Shown in pieces: positions 1 through 10,134 of a DNA stretch of 64,000 nucleotides. Below the pieces are notes generated by a model. That model was not told the DNA's origin. It was given only the letters and a program-made list of their open reading frames with translations, and searched no databases. Every line of letters begins with the position of its first letter. The first letter of the stretch is position 1. The translations under genes and the position numbers were made by a program. Source of the DNA: Bacteroides uniformis (lineage in GTDB: Bacteria; Bacillota_I; Bacilli_A; RFN20; CAG-826); assembly GCA_963641445.1 (NCBI GenBank), contig CAVIBR010000005.1:36430-100429 (forward strand), given 5' to 3'.

Positions 1-510
1 CCATATGTTGAAGTAAAAGGAAAAACATATCGTTTCATCAATGGAATTGGCTACGGAATCGATGGAGAATGTTGCAAAAAAGCTGAAGAGCTTAAGAAAA
101 AAGGCAAACAAGATCTAAATTATGGAAATATAACCGTAGGTCTTTTATTTCATGGATATAAGCCACCAGTTGCTAAAGTAGTTATTGATGGTAAGAAAGA
201 AGCAACCTTCAAAAAAGTCTATATATCCGCGGCAATGAACGGAAAATATTACGGCGGAGGAATGATGGTTGCTCCTTCTCAAGAAAGAGGCTCTTCTCTT
301 CTTACTTCCGTAATAATACACGGCAAAGGGAAATTAGGAACCTTAATGATGTTCCCATCTATTTTCAAAGGAAAACACGTAAAGAAAAAGAAAAACGTTT
401 CCGTTATTCAAGGAAAATGTATCGAGGTGTCTTTCTCTCTTCCAACTGCCTTACAAATAGATGGAGAAGTTATTCCTGACGTTACTTCTTATAAGGCATA
501 TATAAAATAA
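1..510 (+). CDS. diacylglycerol kinase family lipid kinase (YegS/DagK-like), C-terminal part. The 5' end is cut by the window edge; the frame is open from position 1.
   Basis: The frame is open from nt 1. The translated C-terminal region (GIGYGIDGE...GGGMMVAP...IDGE) resembles the DAGK catalytic/accessory region. The ORF-track entry 235..510 is the in-frame tail of this gene. Confidence 0.55.
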   Translation, partial: PYVEVKGKTYRFINGIGYGIDGECCKKAEELKKKGKQDLNYGNITVGLLFHGYKPPVAKVVIDGKKEATFKKVYISAAMNGKYYGGGMMVAPSQERGSSLLTSVIIHGKGKLGTLMMFPSIFKGKHVKKKKNVSVIQGKCIEVSFSLPTALQIDGEVIPDVTSYKAYIK

Positions 511-586
511 GGAATTAAGACATATGCAAATTTAGCATATGTTTTTCTTTTTAGTGTTATTATCTTTTTAGTAAGGAGAACGAATT

Positions 587-1561
587 ATGTCAGAAACAAA
601 ATACATTCCATATGAAGCAAGAGAGGGAGAGGAATCAATTGTCTATTTCACAAGAGACCTCTCTAGCGAAGGATTAAAGAAGGCTTATAACAAAATCAAA
701 GGGGTTTTGACAGGGAAAATTGCAATAAAACTCCATACAGGTGAACCTCATGGCCCAAATATTCTTCCTCGTGAATGGGTGAAAGATTTAATCAATGATG
801 AGTTACCAACTGCGACAATAGTGGAAACAAATACATATTACGAAGGTCCAAGATATGAAACAAAAGATCATCGAAAGACCTTAGAGACAAATGGCTGGAC
901 TTCCTGCCCAGTTGATATCATGGATGAAGAGGGAACAATTCATCTTCCTGTTAAGGGAGGAAACCATTTTACCTATATGTCTGTTGGCTCTCATGAAACA
1001 AATTACGATTCATTACTTGTCTTAACTCATTTCAAAGGACATACGATGGGCGGATTTGGCGGATCAAATAAAAATATTGGCATTGGCTGTGCTGATGGAA
1101 GAATTGGCAAAGGCATGATTCATACAAGAAATGGATCTTCCAATATGTGGTCGATAGCAGAAGAAGAACTCATGGAAAAAATAACTGAATCCTCTAAAGC
1201 TACTGTTGATTATTTCGGAAAGCATATTGCCTTCATCAACGTTCTTAGAAATATGTCAGTCGATTGTGATTGCGCAGGCGTTGATGCCGCGCCAGTGGTA
1301 ACCCCAAACGTTGGCATCTTAGCTTCCTTGGATATTTGTGCGATTGACACTGCATCCGTAGATATCATTTATGCGATGAAAGAAGAAGAGCATCATGATC
1401 TAGTAGAAAGAATCGAAACACGAAAAGGCCTTCGCCAACTAACCTACATGAATGAGATGGGCATGGGAAATATGAAATACGTTCTTATTGATTTAGATAA
1501 CGATGAAAAACGTATTGAAACAAAAGACTGTGTAACAAATCTCAAGCCATTTACGAAATAA
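587..1561 (+). CDS. DUF362-like protein (family of putative Fe-S-associated proteins)
   Basis: 324 aa ORF. An RBS-like GGAGAA lies upstream. Cys-containing motifs (VDCDCAG). The family call is from memory of DUF362 architecture and is not verified. Confidence 0.45.
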   Translation: MSETKYIPYEAREGEESIVYFTRDLSSEGLKKAYNKIKGVLTGKIAIKLHTGEPHGPNILPREWVKDLINDELPTATIVETNTYYEGPRYETKDHRKTLETNGWTSCPVDIMDEEGTIHLPVKGGNHFTYMSVGSHETNYDSLLVLTHFKGHTMGGFGGSNKNIGIGCADGRIGKGMIHTRNGSSNMWSIAEEELMEKITESSKATVDYFGKHIAFINVLRNMSVDCDCAGVDAAPVVTPNVGILASLDICAIDTASVDIIYAMKEEEHHDLVERIETRKGLRQLTYMNEMGMGNMKYVLIDLDNDEKRIETKDCVTNLKPFTK

Positions 1562-1576
1562 AATATAATTAAATTT

Positions 1577-1610
1577 AGAGCAGGTTGATAAGAAAATCTG
1601 CTCTTTTTTC
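1577..1610 (+). terminator. intrinsic terminator after the DUF362 gene
   Basis: Hairpin AGAGCAG-(14 nt)-CTGCTCT followed by a T6 run. Confidence 0.5.
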
Positions 1611-1861
1611 ATCTAAAATCTTTACAATTGACTTTAGAAATAATTAAAAAAATCACTCAAAATTTTTACAATTCATTTCACGAAATTAGATATAATGCCA
1701 TTTAATAACCGAATTTCAAGCATTATTTTTCGATTTTTAAGTTGTTTTCATGTTTCAGAAAAAAAGTTGGTAAAAATGAAAAATTTTCATTGACATTGAC
1801 TCTATTAATTTAAAAATAGTTGCACAAGTTCCCGAAACAGGGAAACTTAGGAGGAAAAAAC

Positions 1862-4426
1862 ATGAAAACAAGAAAAGGATTACTTCCTCTAAGCACGTTA
1901 GCAATCGTCGGAATTCTAGCGCTTAGTGGATGTGATGGTGGTCAAACCCCATCGTCTAGTGCAGGAGGCTCTTCTGGTGAAAGCCCTATTTCAAGCTTGA
2001 TCCCTGAAGAAACTAAAACTTATACCTACCATGATGCGACAAGTGGCTCTCCAGAAAAATGGGCACCAGCTACCTGGAAAACAAATGAAGATACCCTTGT
2101 CAGTGGTTACACCGAGATGGGCTTAGTCAACTACATCTTAAATGATGCAAAGAATGGCTATGAGGTTATCCCGGAGATGGCTGCCGAAATCCCAACGGAT
2201 ATTACAAACACCTTAACTGCTGATGAAGCAGAAAAATATGACATGAACGTCGATGAGGAAGGAAAACCTTATACGACTGGTCAAAAATGGGATGTCAAGC
2301 TTAATCAAGCTGCAGTCTTTGCTGATGGAACAGTCATTAATGCGGATACATATATCAACTCATTAAAAGACTTACTTGATCCTGAGATGCAAAACTACCG
2401 TGCTGGTGATTATGCAAACGGACAAACTGCTATTGCTGGCGGTCTCCATTACCTTCAATCCGGTCAAACAATGCTAGAAGACTATATCGATGGAGATGGT
2501 GTTGCCCACGCTGGAGAAGTAACTAGAGAAGGATGGTATCTTAACATTTATGACACGGGTTCCTTCCTTGGCTACTCAATTGCCACTCTTGCTGACTATT
2601 TAGTCGATGATGAAGGCAACTATATTTCTGTTGCAGCTGCAATCATGGATGATGAAGCTACCTGGGGAACTTCAGCAAATCCTAAGGATGTTCGTATCGA
2701 CAACAACGAAGAGCTCAAGAACAAGGTCTTTGCTTTCTACCAAGTCGCAATCACTTTATTTGGAAAACCTTCTTCCATTGTTACGAATGATTTCGTTGAA
2801 GGAGACGTCGGTGATACATTCTCTCTCGCCACACTATGCAAACGTTACTATACATATGATGAATATGAATTCGATAACGTTGGTATCAAGAAAGTCGGAG
2901 ATTATGAATTCTGGATCTATTTCAAATCACCTGTCTCTGACTTTAACGCCAAACAATTCTTCTCTGGCAACTGGATTGTCAAACAAGAACTTTGGGATTC
3001 ATTAAGAAAACCTGTCGCTGATTCTGGCTTATATTCCACAACATATGGCACATCAGTAGATACCTATGTATCCTATGGACCATATAAACTCGTTACCTTC
3101 CAAACAGATAAGGAATTCGATTTCGACCGTAACGAAAAATGGTATGGATATTCCGATGGAAAACATGAAGGAACATATCAAGTCGATCGTATTGAAGTTC
3201 AATACGTTGAAAATATGGATACTCAATTAAGCCTCTTCCGTACAGGAAAGATTGATGGATATGCCTTAAGATCAGCGGATCTTAAAACAGTCTTTGGATC
3301 TTCTAGCCGTTTACTCTACACTCCTCAATCATATACAACGAAGATGAGTGTCAACAGCGATTTCTCTGCCTTAAAAGCTCTTCAAGATAATGATACGACA
3401 GGTAATCACACAATTCTTTCTAACGAAAAGTTCCGTCAAGCTCTCTCATTAGGTCTTGATAGAAAGACTCTTTGCCAAACACAAACTGCTGGTTGGAGAG
3501 GATTCGACGTTCCACTCAACTTCATGTATGTCTCTGATCCTGATACCGGTGTCGCATATCGCGAAACCGAACAAGGTAAGAGAGTAGTTACCGAAAACTT
3601 TGGCTCTGACTCAGATGGTGAACCAAACTACTTTGGATACGATGTTACCGAAGCAAGAAAACTTATTGATGAAGCGGTTAGAGAAGAAGCTGCCTCAACA
3701 AGAGAAGGCCACTATGAAATTGGTCAAGACGTCCACTTCGTTTGGGAAACCTATAACGAAGGTTGGAACGATATGGTCAACTGGGTTGTCGACGCTTATA
3801 AGAACCTCGTCACAGGAACCTTACTTGAAGGCAAACTTAACATCGAAGTTAAGATTGCCGGTGGCGACTATGCCGATCACCTTAGAGCTGGTACATGCGA
3901 CTTTGGTATCTCCACATGGGGCGGCGCTCAATTTGATCCATTCGGCGTCCTTGAATGTTACACTGTTTCTGGAAATATGTATGAAACATATAACATCTAT
4001 AACGATTACCTCGAAATCAACCTCAAGACTGGTGAATGGTCTGCAACAAAGGGCAAACTTGGAACATCCGATGATGTTGTTGGCATGACTCTTGGCGGAG
4101 ATGGATCCGGAAACAAAGCTGGCAACTGGACATATGAACTTAACTCTGGTAAGTATTCCTCTGCCTTAGCTGATTCAGCCACACGTCTTAACATCCTTGC
4201 CGCTTGTGAATCCTACATCGTTGGAACATATAACTTCGTCACTTGGGGTGCACGTCAATCTGTCTCTATCGACAGCTACCGTGTCCAAGAAGCAACCGAT
4301 GAATATGTCACAATCGTTGGCTTTGGTGGAATCCGTGATTTGAAACTCACAAAGTCTGATGATGAATGGGCAAGCTGGGTTAGCGCTAACCTTGGTTCAG
4401 ATGGCTTCATCGACTACAACAAATAA
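1862..4426 (+). CDS. oppA: oligopeptide ABC transporter substrate-binding lipoprotein (family 5 SBP, OppA-like)
   Basis: AGGAGG Shine-Dalgarno (SD) at 1849-1854 and ATG at 1862. Lipobox LALSGC. Large family-5 solute-binding protein followed by the oppBCDF genes. The ORF-track start at 1820 is probably too far upstream. Confidence 0.75.
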   Translation: MKTRKGLLPLSTLAIVGILALSGCDGGQTPSSSAGGSSGESPISSLIPEETKTYTYHDATSGSPEKWAPATWKTNEDTLVSGYTEMGLVNYILNDAKNGYEVIPEMAAEIPTDITNTLTADEAEKYDMNVDEEGKPYTTGQKWDVKLNQAAVFADGTVINADTYINSLKDLLDPEMQNYRAGDYANGQTAIAGGLHYLQSGQTMLEDYIDGDGVAHAGEVTREGWYLNIYDTGSFLGYSIATLADYLVDDEGNYISVAAAIMDDEATWGTSANPKDVRIDNNEELKNKVFAFYQVAITLFGKPSSIVTNDFVEGDVGDTFSLATLCKRYYTYDEYEFDNVGIKKVGDYEFWIYFKSPVSDFNAKQFFSGNWIVKQELWDSLRKPVADSGLYSTTYGTSVDTYVSYGPYKLVTFQTDKEFDFDRNEKWYGYSDGKHEGTYQVDRIEVQYVENMDTQLSLFRTGKIDGYALRSADLKTVFGSSSRLLYTPQSYTTKMSVNSDFSALKALQDNDTTGNHTILSNEKFRQALSLGLDRKTLCQTQTAGWRGFDVPLNFMYVSDPDTGVAYRETEQGKRVVTENFGSDSDGEPNYFGYDVTEARKLIDEAVREEAASTREGHYEIGQDVHFVWETYNEGWNDMVNWVVDAYKNLVTGTLLEGKLNIEVKIAGGDYADHLRAGTCDFGISTWGGAQFDPFGVLECYTVSGNMYETYNIYNDYLEINLKTGEWSATKGKLGTSDDVVGMTLGGDGSGNKAGNWTYELNSGKYSSALADSATRLNILAACESYIVGTYNFVTWGARQSVSIDSYRVQEATDEYVTIVGFGGIRDLKLTKSDDEWASWVSANLGSDGFIDYNK

Positions 4427-4452
4427 GAGAAAATCTGCTCTTTAAATTAAAG

Positions 4453-4486
4453 GAGAGAGGATGGAAAAACCCATCCTCTTTCTTGG
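4453..4486 (+). terminator. hairpin/attenuator between oppA and oppB
   Basis: Stem AGAGGATGG, loop aaaaac, stem CCATCCTCT, then a T-rich tail. This is the typical partial terminator that uncouples SBP expression from permease expression. Confidence 0.45.
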
Positions 4487-4562
4487 TTTATAAAAATCCT
4501 CATTGGCGGGATAAAATGTTTAATCCTTTAGAGATAAACAAGCCAATAGAAGGAGGATAATA

Positions 4563-5510
4563 ATGCTACGATACATCCTTAAAAGAATTGGGCTGATGAT
4601 ATTGACATTCGTCATCATTATGACGATGTGTTTCTTCCTCATCCGTCTATTGCCTGTCACCTCATGTAAATCAAATGATCAGACATGCATCTCAATCAAT
4701 GCCTGGCGTGAAGCGCTTGGCTATAATAAACCAATCATCGTGCAATATGTGCTTTACATAAAGCATATTTTCCAAGGTGATTTCGGCATTGGCTTTACAA
4801 TCTATGGTGGAAAAGAAGTTACTTCCGTCCTTATGGAAAAACTTCCAAGCACCATCTATTTAAACATTTGGGCTTCGGTTATCGCTATCCCAATCGGCTT
4901 AATACTTGGCGTCATCGCCGCTTTAAAAAAGAACAAATGGCAAGACCAACTTATTTCTATTCTTGTCATGCTCTTCATTTCCGTTCCTAGCTACGTATAT
5001 TGTTTCATCATTCAATACGTATTCTGCGCGAAACTGAAATGGTACCCGCTTATTGTTAATAGTGGTTATGACTATTGGAGCCCGGCATTCTTTCATTCAT
5101 ATTTCCCAGCCATGCTTTGCTTAATTATTGGCACAGTCGCAGGACTTACCCGTTATACTCGTGCTGAATTAACGGAGGTTCTTACAAGTGAATTCATGTT
5201 ACTTGCAAGAGCAAAAGGCTTAACAAGAGGCCAAGCAACCTGGAGACACGCTTTAAGAAATGCGATGGTTCCTATCTTCCCAATGATCTTAGGCGAATTC
5301 ATTTCTTGCTTAAGCGGTTCCCTCATCATCGAAAACTTCTTCGCTGTTCCTGGCGTTGGAGCGCTCTATCTTTCATCCATCAACAACCAAGACTATAACT
5401 TCTTTATGTTCTTGAGCATGTTCTATGTTGGAATCGGCTTAGCTGCCGCCTTAATTGTCGACCTATCTTATGGCTGGGTTGATCCACGTATCAGAATGGG
5501 GGCTAAATAA
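4563..5510 (+). CDS. oppB: oligopeptide ABC transporter permease OppB
   Basis: GGAGG SD. Polytopic membrane protein carrying the ABC permease EAA-like region (LARAKGLTRGQ...). Confidence 0.8.
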   Translation: MLRYILKRIGLMILTFVIIMTMCFFLIRLLPVTSCKSNDQTCISINAWREALGYNKPIIVQYVLYIKHIFQGDFGIGFTIYGGKEVTSVLMEKLPSTIYLNIWASVIAIPIGLILGVIAALKKNKWQDQLISILVMLFISVPSYVYCFIIQYVFCAKLKWYPLIVNSGYDYWSPAFFHSYFPAMLCLIIGTVAGLTRYTRAELTEVLTSEFMLLARAKGLTRGQATWRHALRNAMVPIFPMILGEFISCLSGSLIIENFFAVPGVGALYLSSINNQDYNFFMFLSMFYVGIGLAAALIVDLSYGWVDPRIRMGAK

Positions 5511-5512
5511 TT

Positions 5513-7006
5513 ATGGAAAACAAAGTTACAGATCCACGTTTCACCTTTGTTCAAGAAGATAAGAAATTATCCGATACGAAGATGGAGACAAAACGCATTG
5601 GCTTCTTTGCTGATGCCATGTATCGTTTTAGCCGTAATAAGGCTTCGATTGTTGCTGCATCCGTTCTCTTGATGATGATTCTATTCTCAATAATCACTCC
5701 TTTCTGCACAGGTTTTAGCGCCACAGAGAGCGATTCTTACTATACCAACTGTCTTCCTAAGGCTTTTGATGATGCAGGAGGATTCTGGGATGGCACAGAA
5801 ACTAGATCATTAGGTGAAGCGGAATATTATCTATATTCTGAAGCAGGCCGTGTTAGAGAGACGTATAAGTCATATGAGACTGGTGATGACTTCTCTGGAT
5901 TTACCACGAAATACGATGTTAGATATGACACCTATGTTATTGGCGCGGTAAACGATACTTTCACTCAAGAAGAACTTGATATCTATCTTGCGCACGATGC
6001 AAGCTGTGAAGAAAGCGAGAAAATCCTTCTTCCTTTGATTAGTACATCCTGGGCTACAAAATTAAATCAAAACGAATCCGCCGTTGAAAATGCTGTTAGA
6101 AATAATGCTAACTATGATTATTATTTCTATGCCAAAACCAAGAAACCAATCTTTGATGAAAATGGAGATCTTCAAAGAGCTTGGAAAAAGGATAAAGATG
6201 GCAATTACGTCTATTACGAAGCAACTGGTTTATCCGGCTCGGTATATAACGTCCGTATCAACTACGATAACAAATATCTATTTGAGCATGGAAAATATGC
6301 CAAATTCATTTTAGGAAGCGATGCTCAAGGACGTGATATTCTCACCCGTCTTAGCGTTGGCGGAAGATTCTCTCTTCTTTTCGCCTTTGGCGTATCTGCA
6401 ATCAACCTTGTTATCGGTTTGATATACGGTTCAATCGAAGGCTTCTATGGCGGAAAGACGGACTTAATCATGGAACGTATCGCAGAAATCCTATCTGAGG
6501 TTCCATTCATGGTCGTTATAGCTCTTTTAAAGAACTACAACGGTGTATATTTCTCGATATCTATCGTAGGAATGCTCTTTATTTCCTTCATCTTGACTGG
6601 ATGGCTTGGAACAGCCTCAACAGTTCGTATGCAATTCTATCGTTATAAGAAACAAGAATACGTTCTTGCTTCAAGGACCTTAGGTGCATCGGATGCAAGA
6701 CTTATCTTCAAACACATCCTTCCTAACTCTATCGGCACGATAGTTACCTCCTCCGTCTTAATGATTCCTGGCGTCATTTTCTCGGAATCTTCATTAAGCT
6801 ATCTTGGCATTATTAACTTTGATGCCGTTGGAAGCACATCAATCGGTACGATGCTCTCACAAGGACAAGCATCTTATACAAGCTATCCAAATAACATTCT
6901 TTGGCCAGCTATCTTCATTTCCCTTTTGATGATTTGCTTCAATATGTTCGGAAATGGACTTCGTGACGCCTTTAACCCGCAATTGAGAGGATCCGACAAT
7001 GTCTAA
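5513..7006 (+). CDS. oppC: oligopeptide ABC transporter permease OppC with a long N-terminal extracytoplasmic extension
   Basis: Starts 3 nt after oppB. The C-terminal half is an OppC-type permease. The N-terminal extension of about 250 aa is typical of Mollicutes OppC. Confidence 0.8.
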   Translation: MENKVTDPRFTFVQEDKKLSDTKMETKRIGFFADAMYRFSRNKASIVAASVLLMMILFSIITPFCTGFSATESDSYYTNCLPKAFDDAGGFWDGTETRSLGEAEYYLYSEAGRVRETYKSYETGDDFSGFTTKYDVRYDTYVIGAVNDTFTQEELDIYLAHDASCEESEKILLPLISTSWATKLNQNESAVENAVRNNANYDYYFYAKTKKPIFDENGDLQRAWKKDKDGNYVYYEATGLSGSVYNVRINYDNKYLFEHGKYAKFILGSDAQGRDILTRLSVGGRFSLLFAFGVSAINLVIGLIYGSIEGFYGGKTDLIMERIAEILSEVPFMVVIALLKNYNGVYFSISIVGMLFISFILTGWLGTASTVRMQFYRYKKQEYVLASRTLGASDARLIFKHILPNSIGTIVTSSVLMIPGVIFSESSLSYLGIINFDAVGSTSIGTMLSQGQASYTSYPNNILWPAIFISLLMICFNMFGNGLRDAFNPQLRGSDNV

Positions 7007-8726
7007 TAACAATGAAAACAAAGTATTATCCGTCAGAAACCTCCGTGTGAGTTTCTGGACAAATAACGGAACGGTCAAAGCTGTTCGTGGAGTTTCTTTC
7101 GATCTTTACCGCGGAAGAACTCTTGCAATAGTAGGAGAATCTGGCTCAGGAAAGAGCCAGACCTCCCGTGCAATAATGGGAATCTTAGCAGGAAATAAGA
7201 TCATAGAAGAAGGAGAAATCCTCTACGATGGCCGCGATATTCTCCGCTTAAAAGAAGAAGAACTTTGCAAGATCCGTGGCTCACGTATTGCCATGATCTT
7301 CCAAGATCCTATGTCTTCCCTTAACCCAATCATGAGATGCGGCAAACAAATCACAGAGGCCATGATGCTAAAAAAGAAAGCGACAATCTCTGAAAACAAG
7401 AAACGCGCCACAAAAATCAAACACGCCTTATTAAAAGGTGATCAAAGCAAAAAAGAAGAGCTTGAAAAAATCAGAAAAGGCGAAGAAGTAGATTTGTCTT
7501 TGTTAATCGATGCAGCAACTAAGACTGTTAGCGTTAATGAAGAAAATATCAAAAAAGCGGCAATTGATGCAAAAGAAACGTTAAATGCCCTCTTAAGCAA
7601 TCCCGCTTTCTCTTCAAACAACCTCAATCTTCTTAAGAAAGACCTTTTTCCATTAAAGAGAAAGGTTTCCTTAGTTGAGAACCATCTTGACGAGAAGAAA
7701 GATGACTTTGTCTTCACTTTCTTAGTCACTCTTGAATATTACATCAACGAGTACAATCTTGCTCTTAAACGCGAAAAAGCTGCCGCTAAGAAAGCAGCTA
7801 AAGACGCTAAAAAAGGCAAGAAAGAAAATACAGTAAAAGAAAGAGCCTTTGCTTCAGAAATCGATGTTTCTAAAGAAGCAGTCGTCTCTAGATGCAAAGC
7901 CTACGTTGAATCTTTCATCGCCCATCTTGAAAACGACTACATTGCCAAAGAAGCAAATATCGAAGATAAAGCAGAAAAACTTTTAGCCTTATATGTTTCT
8001 TCTTGCAAAAACGCTCTTACCAAGATCAGCAAGAAAGAACTTAAGAAAAAGGCAATCGAACTTTTAGGCGAGGTTGGTATCAAAGACCCAGAGAAGAGAA
8101 TCAATCAATATCCATTCGAATTCTCTGGTGGTATGAGACAGCGTATTGTTATTGCTATCGCCTTATCTAGTGACCCTGAAGTTCTTATTTGCGATGAACC
8201 TACAACCGCACTTGATGTTACAATCCAAGCTCAAATTTTGGATATGATTAACAAACTCAAAGAAAAGAGACATCTTTCCGTTATCTTCATCACCCATAAC
8301 CTTGGTGTTGTTGCTAATATGGCTGATGATATTGCTATCATGTATGCCGGAAAGATTGTTGAACAAGGAACAGCGGATGAAATCTTCTATCATCCAGCCC
8401 ATCCATATACATGGGCCTTGCTCTCATCTATGCCTGATTTAGAGACGAAAGAAAGACTTGATTCAATCCCTGGAACTCCTCCAAATATGATTCTCCCACC
8501 AAAAGGAGATGCCTTTGCTGCTAGAAATAAATATGCAATGGCAATAGATTTTGAGGAACAACCACCATTCTTTGAAATCAGTCCAACACACAAGGCTGCA
8601 ACCTGGCTATTAGATCCAAGAGCACCTCATGTTGATATGCCAAAATCCGTTAGCAACCGTATTGCTAGATTTGAAAAATTAAACAAAGAAGTAGAAGAAA
8701 AGGAGGCAAAGGAAAATGGAAAATAA
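6999..8726 (+). CDS. oppD: oligopeptide ABC transporter ATP-binding protein OppD with a Lys/Glu-rich insertion of about 230 aa
   Basis: Walker A GESGSGKS, ABC signature FSGGMRQR, Walker B LICDEPTTALD. A long charged insertion lies between Walker A and the signature. The start overlaps the oppC stop. Confidence 0.8.
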   Translation: MSNNNENKVLSVRNLRVSFWTNNGTVKAVRGVSFDLYRGRTLAIVGESGSGKSQTSRAIMGILAGNKIIEEGEILYDGRDILRLKEEELCKIRGSRIAMIFQDPMSSLNPIMRCGKQITEAMMLKKKATISENKKRATKIKHALLKGDQSKKEELEKIRKGEEVDLSLLIDAATKTVSVNEENIKKAAIDAKETLNALLSNPAFSSNNLNLLKKDLFPLKRKVSLVENHLDEKKDDFVFTFLVTLEYYINEYNLALKREKAAAKKAAKDAKKGKKENTVKERAFASEIDVSKEAVVSRCKAYVESFIAHLENDYIAKEANIEDKAEKLLALYVSSCKNALTKISKKELKKKAIELLGEVGIKDPEKRINQYPFEFSGGMRQRIVIAIALSSDPEVLICDEPTTALDVTIQAQILDMINKLKEKRHLSVIFITHNLGVVANMADDIAIMYAGKIVEQGTADEIFYHPAHPYTWALLSSMPDLETKERLDSIPGTPPNMILPPKGDAFAARNKYAMAIDFEEQPPFFEISPTHKAATWLLDPRAPHVDMPKSVSNRIARFEKLNKEVEEKEAKENGK

Positions 8727-10134
8727 TGAATCCAAAGCAACAGATATCGTCAAAGTTGATGAAAACGAAAATCTTATTCCTAACTCTCCTAAAAACGACG
8801 TAAAGGAAGATGCACCTATCATCCTTTCCGTCCGTCATCTTAAGCAATATTTCAAATTTGGCAAAGGTGAGTTCAAATACAACAAAGCTGTCCATGATGT
8901 CTCTTTCGACATTCATAAAGGAGAAGTCTTAGGCTTAGTTGGCGAATCTGGATGTGGCAAAACCACGACCGGAAGAAGCGTAATCAAGCTCTATGACATT
9001 ACTTCTGGCTCCGTCCATTTCGAAGGAACGAGAATTTCCGCTGGAACAAGATGGAATGAGAAAGAAATCAAATGGAAAAGCATCCGTTATAAGGAACAAA
9101 TCAAAAAACTTCAAGCGGAGAAAAAAGATGCCTTAGAAAGCATCACTCTTCATGATGATATTGATTTAGTTAAGGAAAAGGAAAGAATTTCCAAGGAATT
9201 TGATTCCCAAATCTTTGCTTTGAAAGCTGAATTATCAAAAATCATCAAAGAACAAAGAATGGAAATCCGTCGCGCTCATTATGACAATCGTCATTGCAAT
9301 GCTCCATTTGCTAAAAAAGCGCTTGAAAAAGCTAAAGCAGATCATCTTTCTAGAACTGCTGAACTTAAAGCCAATAAAGCAAAAGGAGGGGCTTTTTGCA
9401 AGGAATATTTGAAATATTTAGAAAGTTTGGTTATCGCTAGACACACCAAAATAACCTCTAAAATGCAAATGATTTTCCAAGATCCGATTGCCTCTCTTGA
9501 CCCAAGAATGACGGTTCGCGATATTATCGCCGAAGGTCTTAGAATTCAAGGCGTTCACGATAAGAAGATAATTGATGAAAAGGTCTCAAATGCTTTAATC
9601 CGTGTTGGCCTTCAACCAGAAATGGCTGAACGTTATCCGCATGAGTTCTCAGGTGGTCAAAGACAACGTATTGGCATTGCTAGAGCCCTTATTATGGAAC
9701 CGGATCTCCTTATTTGCGATGAGCCTGTCAGTGCTCTTGATGTTTCCATTCAAGCTCAGGTTATCAACCTTCTTAATGACCTTAAGAATGAATTGAACCT
9801 CTCTATTCTCTTTGTTGCCCATGACTTATCTGTCGTAAAATATTTCTGCGATAGGATTGCTGTTATGTATTTTGGCAATATTGTTGAAATTGCTTCAAGC
9901 GATGCCTTATTCGCTCATCCTCTCCATCCTTACACCAAATCATTGCTTAGCGCTATTCCTCTCCCAGATCCTCATTACGAGAAGAAGAGAAAGAGAATAA
10001 CCTATAATCCTCAGGAAGAACATTCTTACGGAGAAGAAAAACCAATCCTAAGAGAAGTAGAACCTGGACATATGGTGCTTTGCGATGAAAAAGAATTTGC
10101 TAAATACCAAGAAATAATCAAAGGAAATAATTAA
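8716..10134 (+). CDS. oppF: oligopeptide ABC transporter ATP-binding protein OppF with an internal insertion
   Basis: Walker A GESGCGKT, signature FSGGQRQR, Walker B LICDEPVSALD. An insertion sits between the N- and C-terminal lobes. The start overlaps the oppD end. Confidence 0.8.
   Translation: MENNESKATDIVKVDENENLIPNSPKNDVKEDAPIILSVRHLKQYFKFGKGEFKYNKAVHDVSFDIHKGEVLGLVGESGCGKTTTGRSVIKLYDITSGSVHFEGTRISAGTRWNEKEIKWKSIRYKEQIKKLQAEKKDALESITLHDDIDLVKEKERISKEFDSQIFALKAELSKIIKEQRMEIRRAHYDNRHCNAPFAKKALEKAKADHLSRTAELKANKAKGGAFCKEYLKYLESLVIARHTKITSKMQMIFQDPIASLDPRMTVRDIIAEGLRIQGVHDKKIIDEKVSNALIRVGLQPEMAERYPHEFSGGQRQRIGIARALIMEPDLLICDEPVSALDVSIQAQVINLLNDLKNELNLSILFVAHDLSVVKYFCDRIAVMYFGNIVEIASSDALFAHPLHPYTKSLLSAIPLPDPHYEKKRKRITYNPQEEHSYGEEKPILREVEPGHMVLCDEKEFAKYQEIIKGNN

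Noticed and set aside
1790-1818. Sigma-70-type promoter for the opp operon (TTGACA ... TAAAAT)
   Set aside because: The best hexamer pair has only a 15-nt spacer. Alternatives are weak, so the promoter is not called.
2607-4194. Internal and antisense small ORFs within oppA (2607..3005, 3600..4088, 4006..4194)
   Set aside because: They lie entirely inside a well-supported 868-aa SBP gene and have low-complexity, stop-poor shadow-frame composition. The same reasoning rejects the other small overlapping ORFs in the track: 6084, 6857, 7223, 7442, 8163, 8390, 8665, 9602, 10766, 12778, 13399, 13530, 15014, 17865, 20706, 20831, 21496, 21533, 23324, 23605, 24832, 25358, 25691, 26021, 26306, 26600, 27255, 27974, 28227, 29205, 29841, 31101, 31428, 32831, 33413, 34232, 34441, 34883, 35102, 35538, 35899, 35932, 36537, 37008, 37663, 38199, 38446, 38718, 39540, 39775, 41032, 41291, 41525, 41906, 43062, 43216, 44120, 46147, 46636, 47198, 47957, 48527, 51399, 57218, 57956, 58963, 59215, 59839, 59898 and 61691.
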